From assembly GCF_004010195.1 (NCBI RefSeq), contig NC_057752.1:9309323-9373322 (forward strand): DNA of 64,000 nucleotides. The letters run 5' to 3'. The position numbers and the translations under genes are program-made. Under the pieces are notes generated by a model. That model made no database searches. It was not told where the DNA came from and was given only the letters and a program-made list of their open reading frames with translations. Below are positions 13,960 to 27,315 of the stretch, one piece after another. Source of the DNA: Chiloscyllium plagiosum (Eukaryota). Positions within the stretch are counted from its first letter, which is position 1. The number at the start of each line of letters is the position of its first letter.

Positions 13960-15225
13960 ACTGCTGCCCTTGTTTTTCTGGATGGTAAAGTTTATGGCTT
14001 TGAAAGGTGCTCTTTGAAGGAACCATGGTGAGGTGTTGCAGTGCATTGCTACCACTGTGCATTCTTTGTGGAGTGTTTTGAATTCAATGGGCTTCTTTGT
14101 CCTGGATGGTGTCAAGCATCTTGTGTTGTTGGAACTGCAACCATTCAGGCAAGGGGTGGAATTCCATCACATTCCTGATTTGTACCTTAGATGGTGGACA
14201 GGCTTTAATGAGTCAGGAAGTGAGTTACTCACACAGAGTTCCTAGCCTCTGACCTATTCTTGAAACCACCATATTTATAAGGCTGATTCAGTTCAACGGT
14301 AAGCTTCAGGATGTCGCATGGTGAGTGACGTGATGATCCTAATGCTATTGAACATCGGAGTGACATTAGATTCTCTCTGAGATGGTCATTATCGTTTTTT
14401 GTGAGGTGCAACTGTTATTTGTCGCTTATCAGCCCAGGCCTTGCTGCATATGGACACAAACTGCTTCAGTATCTGAGGAGTCATGAGTGGCACTGAATAT
14501 TGTGCCAACATCCCTTCTGATCTTTATGATTGAAAGATCGTCATTGATGAAGTAGCTGAGGATGGTTGAGCCTAGTACACAGTCACAGGACATCCCTGCA
14601 GGAGTTCCTCAGGACAGATGACTGACCTCCAACAACCACAACCATCTTCCTTCGCGCTGGATGAGACTCCACCCAGCAAAGAATTTTCAGATTCTCAATG
14701 ATTCTGGTTTTGCTAAGGTCCCTTGATGCCACATTTCTTCAAATGCTGCCCTAATGTCAAGGGCACTCGGTCTCACCATTATCACAAGTTCAGTTCGTTT
14801 TTATCCATATTTGGACCAAAGCTGTAATGAGATCCAGAGTGGAATGACCTTCGTGGAACCTGAACCAAGCATCACTCTGCAGGTTATTGCTGAACGAGTA
14901 CTGCTTGATAACACTGTTGATGACCTATTCCATCAATTCGGTCAAGAGTAGACCGATAGGTGGTAATTGGCTGGGTTGGATGTGTTCTGCATTTTGTGCA
15001 CCTGGGCAATTTTCCATATTACCAGACGTTCATGCTGTAGCGGTTTTGGAATAGCTTGGCTTAGGGCATGACAGATGCTGGAGCACAAGTCTTCAGTACT
15101 ATTGCTGGAATATTGTCAGGCCCTGTATATTTGTAGTATTCAGTGCCTTCACCTTTTTTCTTGATGTCATATGAAGTGAAGCAAAGTGGTTGAATATAGG
15201 CATCTACGACGCTGGAGACCTCAGA
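13960..15225 (-). mobile_element. Decayed RT region of the second LINE family
   Basis: Reverse complement resembles 54100-54800 (CTCCTCAGATACTGAAGCAG, ATGGTTGTGGTTGTTGGAGGTCAGTCATCT). Confidence 0.75.
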
Positions 15226-16602
15226 AGGTTGATACGTTCATATAGCACACAGCAATATGCTCCCAATTGAAGAGCTCCGAGTTTGGTCTGTCTGTACTCC
15301 CATGTGTTAAACTCTTGCAACATAGAGTAACAGTGATGCTACCCCATAATAGAATTAAAATGCCATTTATAGAAATGCAAAGTATTACCATTTATTGATT
15401 TTCAAACCATTTCTGGTCCACATTAAACTTTCTGCAATATATTTGAGAGTGTACAGTGCAATAATTAGTGCAGATATATGTGCCTGTGTTTAAGCAGGCT
15501 TATGCATGAACTATTATGTGCCAAACCATAACCACAGTTGATAATTGGGAGGTTTTGGTGGGTGGGGAGCTGTGAAAACAGGTGTTGCACTTGTTTTGAA
15601 AGTGCTTTTCTTCACTCTTTTGTCTCTTTAAATAGGATACTTGATTACACACTCACTGCATGTTCCATAAATATCTCCCATAATACAATAACTTCATATA
15701 GCATTGTCAAGGCTGGCCAGCCTAGTTTACAATATTTTGTTGTCCAATTGAGTGAAAGCTTCTGCTTTGACAGCAGTTTAATAAAAGTATTTCCCTTTTT
15801 TTTAAACTATTCTTTTCCTATTCAAGTTTATAATTTTCCTTTAAAATTTGCAAAATGTCAAGCTTAGCTCACCTGTGATCCTCTAACAGTACAGATTTTA
15901 TTATATAGCCGAACCACTCTGAATTTTTGGCTGTAGTAATTGTACTTGCTAATCATCACAGACAAAGGTGCATTAACTAACGTTACTTTATTTAACATTC
16001 TATAGCATGTCGAATCATCACAGGCTTCAGCATTAAGAATTACATCAACTACTTCACCCTAAATTAGTTGACATGTCTCAATTCAGTGTATCATCATATT
16101 CTTAGCTAGGTTTTACTTAATGAGTGTTTGAGCTATATTCAAGGCCCAAGAGTGTAATATGGCTTTGGAAGGTCATATTTCATATGAAATGACACTTTTT
16201 TTTTTTAGCACTTGGTTGGACCCCTGAAATTGGAACTTAAATGATCTGTTCTCCTCTGCTCCGGAATAATCTACTTCCCCAGAATGCTTATGATGAACCA
16301 TCACCTGGGGTGATTTGCTTTTCTTCGGTTGTCATGGTTATCCCAGATTAACCAACATTGCACATGTCACCTTTCTCTATACCATTTTGTTTTGGAGTTT
16401 AGGCATTTAAACAATTTTGTTTTTTAATAGACTTTTGCAACTTTCACTTCAGGTCAATTAAACTGTTATCCATTCTTAATGTTCCAACTTACACTTTTTT
16501 TTTGAAGAACAAGTTAAAATATTTAAAAGACTATTCTTTCTAGAACCTCTTCTAACACTTGAAATCTTTTTCCAAAACTTTTTTCCCTTCTCTTCTCTAA
16601 CT

Positions 16603-16719
16603 TTTAGGTATTTTTAACCAATCTGTTCAGAGTTGTCAGGATACACCCCTGAAGCAGGTGGGACTTGAATCCAGACCTTCGTAGTTCAGAGTTAGGGATG
16701 CTGACTGCACCATGAGCTC
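16603..16719 (-). mobile_element. Short tRNA-like SINE insertion
   Basis: B-box-like GGATTCAAGTCCC on minus; 11-bp TSD CTTCTCTAACT at 16592-16602 and 16720-16730. Confidence 0.7.
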
Positions 16720-17361
16720 CTTCTCTAACTATAGAGATGAAGGGAAAAGCATAGCTGCTTATGAAATGAAAGATTAGTGATCAAATAGAATATTAACTCT
16801 TGCTGCTGAGATCCTTTTTTAAGGCATCTTGTGCAAATTGTCAGATGTTGCTTAATTTGATGGAGGCGAGGTGCTGGATTTAGTTGCTGTTTAGTTAGTG
16901 ATCTGGGTACTTACTAAGTCTTTGACTCCAGTTGTTTCAAGGCTCTTCCCACCCATTGGTCCATTTGTGTTTCAAGATTTTTTTTGTTCCTCATCAACTT
17001 AATGCACAACTTTGAAGTTTGATTTAGACCCAGCTGAAGCAGAAGCCATTTCCATTTGGCCTTTTGCTAACGCCTGGGTTAAACTGATTTTTTTGAATGT
17101 TTGTTGAGGATTAAAAAAAATTGTTTTTCTAAGTTGTCTGTAGAACTTTTCTACACTCTCTCGTAGAAGCAGTGATTGTTGTTTGATTTCCTCCTCAGAA
17201 TGAACATAAAATACCTGTTGTCACTTATTGTTGGGTATCCAAACTACTACTTCAGAGTCCTTATGCAATCAATTCAGGCAAATGCACAAATCCAATCTAT
17301 TATACTTATATTTACAGTTGATTTTGTGAGATTGAATTTTTTTAAAAAGTGAACATTCATG

Positions 17362-17635
17362 GGAATTATTGCCCATCCCGAAGGGCATTTAAGAGTCTGA
17401 CCAGGTGAAGACAACTGTTTTCCTTCCCTAAAGAGCATTAGTGAACCAGATGGGGTTTTCCCAACAAATTGGTAATGGCCTCGTGGTCATCATTAGACTC
17501 TTAATTCCAGAATTATTTTTATTGAATTCAAAATACACCATCTGCCATGGTAGGATTCAAATTCAGGTTCCCAGAACATGACCTAGGTCTCTGGATTAAC
17601 AAGCCATTGATAATGCCAGTAGGCCATCGCCTCCC
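17362..17635 (-). mobile_element. tRNA-headed SINE sharing core and tail with the second LINE family
   Basis: Reverse complement resembles 20068-20437 (CTGGTTCACTAATG, GGGCAATAA). Confidence 0.7.
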
Positions 17636-19339
17636 TTTATGCCTCCCATTGTTGTTGACTAATCAAAGGCTAAGTCCTCTGGGGGAATCTTAGCACTGCT
17701 GTTGAAATTTATGCATTTTGTATTCAGCAATAGAAAATACCAAGCAGAAGCATGAAGGACCTTTACATTTAAATAGCGCCTTCACATCCTCCTATCTCAA
17801 AGTACTTTACAAGCAATAGATTAGCTTTTCAAGTGGGTATCACTATTATATTGACAAATGCAATAGCCAGTTTGCGTTCAGCAAGGCTCTGCAGGCATTA
17901 AATAATGAGTAGACAGATAATGCATAATTGGTAGCATTAATCATGGAAAGAAGGGTGGCCAGACCCTGGAAAAATCCTTGATCTTCCTTCAATAGAGATT
18001 TGCAACCACCCAAGCAGATAGATGGATGCTCAAGTTAGTATGGTATCCACAATTGGCATCTTCAGCAATTTCATCTAGTACTGCTCTGAAATGTTGATTT
18101 CCCCCCCAATATATGTGCTTGATATGTGAAGCTTCAACCTTAGGCATGAGTACAATTGACATCCAAGCTGATGTTTGCAACACATTAGAGGCAAAATGTA
18201 ACCAATTAATGGTGGCATTTTGAATGTTTAACTTGAATGATAAGATTAGCCCAAATGTGAGGTTAGTACATATCTATTGCAATTAATCACAGTCTGAGGT
18301 CTGTATTGCAACTTGGTCCAAATTATGTGCCGTTGAGAGTACTTGACCACGTGCTTGTTTTCATGAAGTGAAAATGTAATTAATTGGTGCAGACTCTGAA
18401 TAATTGGATCGTCGTGACTTTACTTGTGGTGTTACTCTGATGACAACATGGAATGTAGGAGAGGGAGCAAACAATAAATTGGAAACCATTTTACGACTCC
18501 TACCAGTCGATCAAAGCTCTTTCTATGGCATGAAGTGCTGGTTGTTGTACAGTTGGCTTTTGAAGCATAAACCTGAGATGTTTGCGATTTCTTTTTTCAG
18601 GTACAGCCATTTTAACAATCACTTCCTAAATGAAAACGACATACTTAGGATCGTCCCATCCTGAGAGAGCCTGAATGAGGTTTGCTGCTGTCCTGGTATA
18701 ACTTAGAGTTCTGATAATTCTATTAGGCTCCTTTCTGAAAAGTTTCTGTAGGATTGCAATTACATTGCTGTTTTTGGATGCTTCTTCTCGATCTTTTACA
18801 GGTCTAGTATTATCGAAAGAAGATTAAAGACATGGTTTGGAGTGTAATACAGATCCATTTAGAGAGCAGAATGAGTGCCAACGGGAAGGACTTTAAGTTG
18901 GGCCTTTGCTCTCGTTTCTGATGGTCTCCAACAGTAGCTTGCTGCTTTTCAAGAAAAAGCCTTGCAGCATCCTGAAGATAAATTCCTTTTGGATAGCAGG
19001 GTGGTGATGAGAGTGGGAACAATTGGGTTATTGAAGACTGAGACTTGGAGGCTGCCAAATATTTATTTTTAAAGTTTTACACATAAGAAATCTGTGGAGA
19101 TAACTTAAACCTTGTAACTAGTGGAGCTTTGTTATATTGTCAACAATGACTTATCTTAGAACTAACAACTTTGTATAACATTTTGATGTCTTTGGTAAGC
19201 AGTCCCAAATTTTGTTCATGATTTGATTTGATTTTGATTTCACTTATTGTAGTCACATATACCTAAGTACAGTGAAAGGTGTTTTGTTTTGCGTCTGGTA
19301 TGGGTAGATCATAGCATGACCAGGACAAACCGATCATAG

Positions 19340-19490
19340 GTTAGCAGGTCTGGTGCATCTATGAAGAGAAATGAGTTTAAGTTTCAAGTCCAGTGACCCT
19401 TCCTCAGAACTGATGCTGCCAGACCTGCTGAGCTTTTCCAGCAACTTCTATTTTTGTTTCCGAGTTACAGCATCTGCAGTTCTTTGTTTT
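19340..19490 (-). mobile_element. Old PLE-tail remnant with degenerate hammerhead motif at 19378-19407
   Basis: Minus CTGAGGA-AGGGTCACTGGACTT-GAAACTT; TGCTGCCAGACCTGCTGAG and CAGCATCTGCAG tail motifs. Confidence 0.55.
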
Positions 19491-19609
19491 CATTCAAATC
19501 ATAAGGGGTTTAGACGAGCAAGGAATACAATAACTGGAGGTCTGTTTTGTGTGTTCAGTCTTTCCAATAGCTGTTGGATAGCAGTTGAGCTAGATACCTA
19601 TCTTAAATC

Positions 19610-19809
19610 TGAAAATGTGTTGCTGGAAAAGCGCAGCAGGTCAGGCAGCATCCAGGGAACAGGAGAATCGACGTTTCGGGCATAAGCCCTTCTTCAGGCT
19701 TATGCCCGAAACGTCGATTCTCCTGTTCCCTGGATGCTGCCTGACCTCCTGCGCTTTTCCAGCAACACATTTTCAGCTCTGATCTCCAGCATCTGCAAAC
19801 CTCACTTTC
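19610..19809. mobile_element. Short hairpin PLE derivative with hammerhead motif (19670-19697, minus)
   Basis: About 80-bp near-perfect inverted repeat; CTGAAGA-AGGGCTTATGCCC-GAAACGTC; 14-bp TSD ACCTATCTTAAATC at 19596-19609 and 19810-19823. Confidence 0.88.
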
Positions 19810-20067
19810 ACCTATCTTAAATCATCAGTTCAACTCTGAATGGGTTTAGTATTGGCTGCATGGTTATTTCCTAGAACAAAACATGAAAGTTAATTGAAAA
19901 CTAAGCTTTTCCTTCTCCATACACATTGGACTGTATCTAGTTGCCTTGTGCAAAATTAGTAGAGACATAGTTGGCTAAATATTCACCTTTGTGCTCCAGT
20001 TGGCTGGTTCCATATGCAGGTATTTGTATGGATCTTCCTAAGGTATGTGGGAGGTTCATAATGAGGA

Positions 20068-20437
20068 AATGATGGCATAATGCTAATGTCACCGGATGAG
20101 GAATCCAGAGGACCAGGCTAATGTTCTCGAACTGTGGATTCAGATCCATCCATGGTAGCTGGTGGGATTTTAAAAATAAATTTGGAATATGAAGCTAGTC
20201 TTGATGATGACCATGAAACTACACTTGTAAATTTCTGTCTGGTTCACTAATGTCTTTTGAGGAAAGAAATCTGCTGTCCTTTCTTGGTCTGGCTTATATG
20301 TAACTTCAAACCCACAGCAATGTGGTTGACACTTAATTATTTTGAATGGAGTCTCTCAGCCACTTCAGAGGGTGGTTAAAGCAAGGCAATAAATGCTGGC
20401 CTTGCTAGCATCACTCATATCCCATAAAGGAATAAAA
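20068..20437 (+). mobile_element. tRNA-headed SINE sharing core and tail with the second LINE family
   Basis: A/B-box-like head; core matches 52090-52930; tail matches 60390-60458. Confidence 0.75.
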
Positions 20438-21523
20438 TAGTCAAGAGTGGAACAGAGAGAATAATCAAACTCTAGATTGGAGGAGATTGATTTGGTGGTT
20501 TTATCCTAACTGGCTTTTTCCAATCCAGGTACAACTTTATCATCATAACTGGCAGGAATTGATACCAGGACTGAAGTATGCAAGATTGAATTAATGACGT
20601 ACAAGTTTAATTCCCCTAAAAGGCTATTTCTACAAGGCAAGCTTTAATACCAGCAGGGACTATTACTCCTCCATAAGTGTTTTTGTGCTGCCTTCACAAA
20701 ACCTGCAAACCTCACCTATTCTATAAAATACCTCTGCCCTTGCTGTGATTTAGGTTTGAAGAACACTAGTCCAGAACCATTAGTTTCATACTGCTCATGT
20801 ATCTACCATAGTTTCTGTAAGTGTTTGTAAAATGGAAGACTAAATACATTGATTTAAAAACAGCTGCACATGTCACTGCCATAGTAAGAGCTTTTACATT
20901 AGTGTGATAAATGGTTATGGCATATTGTAAAACGTCTAAGAACAAAAAACCACTTGCAAATGGTTGAATCCTCTCAATTTCTCACATTCTTGTCAAGGAC
21001 ATTTTAAATAAAATATTAGTAACAATTTTTGCAGTCTTTCATGAGAATACAGTATCTCCAATAACTATGGGATGTAAATAACAGCAGCATTAATACACTG
21101 AAACCCGTATGCTAATCCTTACAATGCTTCATACATATCTAATACCAAGTATATCCTTCATGGAAAGCAATAATGTAAGGCACTTTCCTCATTTGTGCAC
21201 TTAATGGTTACTGAGTGGAACTTCCCTTCCAGCTTCAGAGATCCCAAAAATCATTATTTAGGGTTGCTAAATAATTAGAATAATGCCAGGTAGCTGTGGG
21301 ACTGTGACTTGAGTTTGAGATTTGCTATGCTGCTGAGGAATTATCCATAAATTAACCTTAATTATCTGTAATTGTTTCCACGCTGACCCTAACACAGCAA
21401 TATACACAGGAAATTAATCTCTTCATTCCTTTTGCACCCAGGTTTCCTGAAAGGTCACTACCAATATTAACAGAACATGTTAATGCCGGTGTTAAAACAA
21501 TGCTGATCACAAAATCACCGTGT

Positions 21524-21835
21524 GGGCGGTACGGTGGCACAGTGGTTAGCACTGCTGCCTTACAGCGCCAGAGACCCGGATTCAATTCCCACCTCGGGTG
21601 ACTGTGTGGAGTTTGCACGTTCTCCCCATGTCTGCATGGGTTTCCTCCGGGTGCTCCGGCTTCCTCCCACAGTCCAAAGATGTGCATGTCAGGTGAATTG
21701 GCTGTGCTAAATTGCCCATAGTGTTAGGTGAAGGGGTATGGGTGGGTTGCGCTTCGGCAGGTCGGTGTGGACTTGTTGGGCCGAAGGGCCTGTTTCCACA
21801 CTGTAAGTAATCTAATCTAATAATCAAAAAAAAAA
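21524..21835 (+). mobile_element. HE1-like SINE
   Basis: Near copy of 640-965 with TAATCTAATCTAA and poly-A tail. Confidence 0.92.
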
Positions 21836-24800
21836 GTGGGCTGCTTGTTAGCGGTTTATATCTTTAATTTCTAGGTACCTGGCTTAAAACAGGACAGGTG
21901 GTAACCTTACAGCCAACCATTTTATCATTTATTCTTTGGGTCTGAAGGAACTGTCCCAATCTTAGACTATACTGACTATCCTAAACACAGCTGTGAAGTA
22001 GAGTATGACCGTCATCCTCTTTGCCCACATCAACTGCCAATGATACCTGGCATATTGTACCACTTCATGCACTAAGACCACTTCTGAACTACACTCTATG
22101 AACTTACAAATACATAATGCTGAGAAAATAGTAGTGCTGTATTGAGTGACCGTATATAATTTAATCTATCCACTCCTTGTCTCAACCCCATGCATGCACA
22201 CAACAACTACTCCCACAAATGAAAACGTGCTTTGGAATGATGTACTTCCCTGTTCCACCACCAGTGTGCCTCCAGTAATTGCATCAGACTGATCCAGACA
22301 AACTGCAAATAGCACAGCCTCGGGGACAGATTCTATTCATTTCTGTAGAGGTGAAGGTCTCAGTGTGCATTTGTAATTCAGTTCCTGTATTTGGGGAGGT
22401 TGATTAAAATTCTGATCTCATTTGGTGAATTGCACATACAAGTAGCAATGGATAGTGTTTCTTATTCATTTGAAATATGTCTCTTACTGTTGAGTGCAGT
22501 ACTTGCTTCACAACAGTCAGCTTATTCATAACATTGATAGGTTAGGAAGGAAATGGTATACAGTATTAATTTGCATGCAAATTTTGGTGTATCCTGGGAG
22601 CATTCTTGCTTTGTGTGTCTGGGCTATTATCCTACAGAGAACATTATGGAGATATTCATTAACATGTAAATGGTCACTAGCTAGAGGCCATGTACTTGAC
22701 CCTTCCAGACATCCATACCAAAATAAAATGAGTTTTCATTCTATTTCTAGCAGGGCTGCTATCATAATTTGTGGTTAATTTGACTGCTTAACCAATGACT
22801 TGTCCTGCAGCTTTGTAGAATTTGTAACTATTCAGAAGTACTTTGAAACAGGAGAAGTCCATATACTAGTCACAATTGTATAGTTATGTTCTTTACAACT
22901 TCTAGGTTTAATTTCATAGCTATGATTTCTTGTTAGTCTGACATAGTGGGCGTACAAAACATAGGTCTGGAAAATCGAGGAACTATGGTTCACATCACAT
23001 CAATCTTCAGTTTTGGAGGTGATCTGCTCACTACTTCCACCAAAATGAATAGTACCCATTTCTTGCCCCAGCTGCACCAACTACCTCTCTACCCCAACTA
23101 GTTCTACAATTAAACTCCCAGCAAGAATCAAGATGGATGATTTGTGAATAAACCCACCTATTTCATCATTTCAATGTACATAGGATGGATTTATACATCA
23201 CAGTATAAAACCAGAGAGTTCTGATGTAGAGATCACATGAATTTCCAGATCAAAGTTTCATTCAGCAAATTTTGCTTCCACATATTGAAGTCATCCAAGG
23301 AGCCTTGACCTTCCCTTATCATGGTGTACCTGAAGTATCATTTCATTTAAATATATTAAACATGAGTTGTGCAAATTCAGAAAGTTGGTACTTGCCTGGG
23401 AGAGTCCTATAGTTTTATGCTTTGGTGAGCCTATCACTATTGGCATATGGACCATGTCTGGGTGAGAGCCAAGACAAAATAGTCAAGGAAACATATGACA
23501 TCACAATCTGGATGTGCTTCACTTTGGGAATACCAAACAAGTTCTGGATTAGGTTCATCATTCATCTCTCCAGGGTTTATAACCTCTGTATTTCCTTAAC
23601 TTTCCAACCCCTGTCCCATTTTGTTTAAAAAAATATAGATCGTATCTACATTATTAATAATCTTTTAAACAGTGAAGAAAAATACATTCTGCCCCCAATA
23701 CATCTCCTCCGACATCTTATCACCCTTGACACTCACCAAGATGCACACTAGATTGGTACTGGAAATACTCCTTTCACTCACCAACCACAGGTGCTGAAAC
23801 ACATTGAGGCAAACTCATATGTAAATATGTAATCCATTAAATTCCAAATTAATTCTAGATTTTCAAAATTTCCTTTGTCACTCAACCACATAACAAAATC
23901 TGAAAGGAGGTAGGAAATGTCCTTAAATCCAGGTAGATCCCCTATGATTCTAAACCCAATGGGCTCAAGAGTACTTAAGAACCACATTTCTGATTTCATA
24001 TCTCCTTATTGTACATAATTACTGGTTTTCATATTACTCTTCTGTCCAGTTCAGGCAATATGTACTGTGGATTCTTGTCCAAACCAAGTTACTCTTTAAT
24101 CCTCATGATCTTGTATCAGGGGCTTTAAATTCAGATTGCAAAGAAAATCTCATAGATAACATGTTAAAGTGACATGAGAAAGTAATCCAAAGTAGCCTCT
24201 TTTGTAACAAATCACTGATTGGACTCCAACCTTAGGATTTATTTGGTAGAGGACTCACTGATAATCATCCTTCCAAACCCCACTGCTGCAGCAACTAGTC
24301 TGTTTACTATACCCCTACTAGAAGCTCTTTAATCTTATGTCACTGACTGATTTTTTTCCCCTATTTTAATTGCCGATGAAAAGTTCCTATGATACAAGAA
24401 AGAATGAGCTGTTCTAAACTGTCTTATTGTTGTAAATGCAGTACAACTTAATACCAGTGGTACTGCAAGATATATCTACTAAGGAAAATTCAGCACAATT
24501 AACACTTTTTGACTGCCAATACTTAACAGGACTAGAAGAGAAGTAAAGATGACACTAGTCTTTGTAATTAAATGACAATTAATCTAAATGAAATGGAGTG
24601 AGTGCATTCTCATTTTGAAACCTTATTCTGGTTTCTTACCTTCAGACATTAAACTTAGGCTGCAATGGATAGGGAGTTAAAATGTTTTTTTTGTTATAAT
24701 CTAGAATTGAATTAAGACACTTTGCTCTATTCAAGGAGGCACAAATCCATTGTACGTGGTTAAGATACTGGAGCTGATTCGCGTGCCAGGTAATTTGGCA

Positions 24801-24985
24801 ATCTTTGAAAATCCTTTGAATATTTAACTATTACTACTACAGTATTTGATATGATGCAGGGGACTAGAAGCATGATAATTGAACAGCATGTATAAAGTGC
24901 TCTCAGGGAGGGGCAAAGGAGGTTCAGGTCGTGTTGATCGAGAGGCGTCCCAGAATTCTTTGGTACCAGTTGCTGAGGAGAATCG

Positions 24986-25057
24986 TCATCTTATGCTGAG
25001 CTGTGCAAATCCAATGAGTTTGGTTTCATCTGGGCTGTAGCCCTCACAGCCAGAGAC
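24986..25057 (-). CDS. SPAK/OSR1-family kinase, terminal coding exon
   Basis: Acceptor TTTCCCCCTCATTCTCCTCACAG; VSGCEGYSPDETKLIGFAQLSIR-TGA matches the OXSR1/STK39 C-terminus KLIGFAQLS(I/V)S. Confidence 0.93.
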   Translation of the reverse strand, partial: VSGCEGYSPDETKLIGFAQLSIR

Positions 25058-25484
25058 CTGTGAGGAGAATGAGGGGGAAAGAGTAAGCATCCAGCTGGAA
25101 TTCCTTTCAGTTATTTAGTTTTATATCTTGATTGGTCAGCAGATGCCAAATGGAACTATAGGGCAGTGGTTATATTAGCAGACAAATTGGAGAATCCTTG
25201 AAAAAGGGCAAGGGGACCACGATACATGATTAACTAGTGCTCGTTAAAAACAATGCAGGGAGCAAATCAATTTCTGTTGTCTGCTCCTTTAAAAATAACT
25301 GCTGCATACAGCCAACACTAGCTACACTGTTCATTGGCTGCACACATGAGCAGAGGGCTCAAAATTGTAACTTTGTAATCCCAGTTAAATCTAGCCTGTA
25401 CCTCTTAAAAGAAAAGGTGTGGCTTGAGCAGGGACAGGAAATAAATCTGACCTGTGAAATAGAAAACAATCTTTAATTATAGAA

Positions 25485-25645
25485 AGCGGGTTGCACTAGA
25501 GCCGTGGGTGGAGGAGGTGGAAAGGAGGAGAGATGGCCTGTATTCATAGGCAGCGGAGAACAGATAACTGTAGATATCAATTCTAGGAGTCAAGCCCATA
25601 GTGCTGCAAGAAGTTCAATATTCTAACAAGAGTTGCAAAAGTCAG
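25485..25645 (+). pseudogene. Myb/SANT-like DNA-binding ORF remnant of a Harbinger-type transposon
   Basis: ALEPWVEEVERRRDGLYS...QITVDINSRS...CKKFNILTRVAK followed by a GTCAGT donor-like site; resembles the Myb/SANT-like partner of PIF/Harbinger elements. Confidence 0.6.
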
Positions 25646-27315
25646 TGAATGCATCTTCAAAGGTCGTATCCTTACAAATGCAACTCTAATCTTGGACACC
25701 ACTCAATTTTCCTCACCTGTCAACAATTACTAACATAAGAAATAAGAGTAGATCTTTGAAATTTGACACTTCCCAGCCTCTCGTCACTTAAGAAATACTC
25801 CTTTATTTTTGTCTACCAAAGTGGATAACATTTCACAGTATGCAAAAACTTGGCAGTTGAAATATACTCATTTTGCATCTCCAAATCCCCTTAAGACATT
25901 GTCATATCATCCTTAGAACCGACGCTGCCCCCAAGTTGTGTCCTCTGCAAACCACAACGTATTGCATTTCATCCCCATATCCAGGTAATTAGTATAAACT
26001 GTGAATAGCTGGGACACGAGCACTACCCTCCTAATCACGGCCCCACACATTCCCTGAGTTTGCAGAACAAGGTGGTATGCAACAGAAGGCAACACAAGCA
26101 AATTGGAAGGGACAGGCACACCTACATGTTGCACCTGGCAAGGTGATGATGCTCACCATTAACAGACTACTCATCACTGAGATGGTGCCCAATGATAAAG
26201 TATGACAGTATCCTCATGCCTGACCCCCTCACACCATGTGTCCCACATGCCCATAAACTTAATTCTCTTCCAATTTACAAATTGTATTTCTTACATTATC
26301 AACCATACCACATTGCAACTTTATCCTGTGCAATTTCTCTTTCGGATACCAAAGAGTGCAATCTGGTCAGGTGTGGAAGAACAGCAAGATGAATACGCAG
26401 CATTATAATGTACATTCACACTTGCACCTATGAGCTCAGATAACTATGCAGCTTAGGGGATAGCACAGAGGCAGGACTTCCATGTGATGAGACACTGGGC
26501 ACAAGGAGTCTGCAGCTAGAGCACAGATGCCAGCTCACCAATGTGTGATGGGCCAACCTATGGAGGGATGTTATTAAGTATGCAAAACAAAAATGCTTAA
26601 TGCGTTGGGAAGCCTGCAAGAAAGCCAGTGATCAATATCGAAGAGCAGAGAGGAGGCACAGTATTTTGCGCAGAATTTATAAACCCATCATTTCAGAATG
26701 GAAATGATAGCCAGTTTCATCTGGACACTTGTGCAGCCAGCTATGATACAGTATCTAATAGTCTAAATCTCAACTTTCACTACAATACCAGCAGCAGTCA
26801 CACAACTTCTGCGTCCTGCAGCAAAAGCTCAGATTGCTGCCATTGTGGCTGTGGATTAGTATGCAAAAGCCACCTCAAACTGTGGGAGTGGCTCCACACA
26901 GCACAAACCTACTGTGCTTCCTCCGGAAGATAGCATTAATTCTACCAAGATGCTGCAAGCCACAGCCTTTTAGGACCAAAGCCCATCAAAGGCATTCTAT
27001 AAGACCATGTGCAGTCACCTCTTTTGAAATTTAGCGTCTTTCCATCAGTCATGCTTAAAGCCACTGTGTAGGAACAATAAGACAAGTAAAAGCACAGCAG
27101 ACAGACACTAAAGGGAATGCACAAGGTTGATATGTGTATTTTGCCATAGGTTTTGGTTTTGCATTGTGACCAAGTGGTCACTGTGATGTTCAGTGAGAGA
27201 GAAGAAGATAAGGTATGGGACTCTTGACGAATGGGAAATTGGCATTATATTTACTGGTATCACATTTGGATACATCTTTCACCAACCCAGCCAGAAAGCA
27301 GATGTCTTGGTTGCT

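Noticed and set aside
19610..19809. MITE, microRNA hairpin or CRISPR-like reading of the palindromes
   Set aside because: Arms are asymmetric, match the termini of the RT-bearing PLE, have 14-15 bp TSDs and show no repeat-spacer array
24238..24243. Minus-strand AATAAA as the kinase poly(A) signal
   Set aside because: Plausible but one of several in AT-rich DNA; cannot be chosen without transcript data
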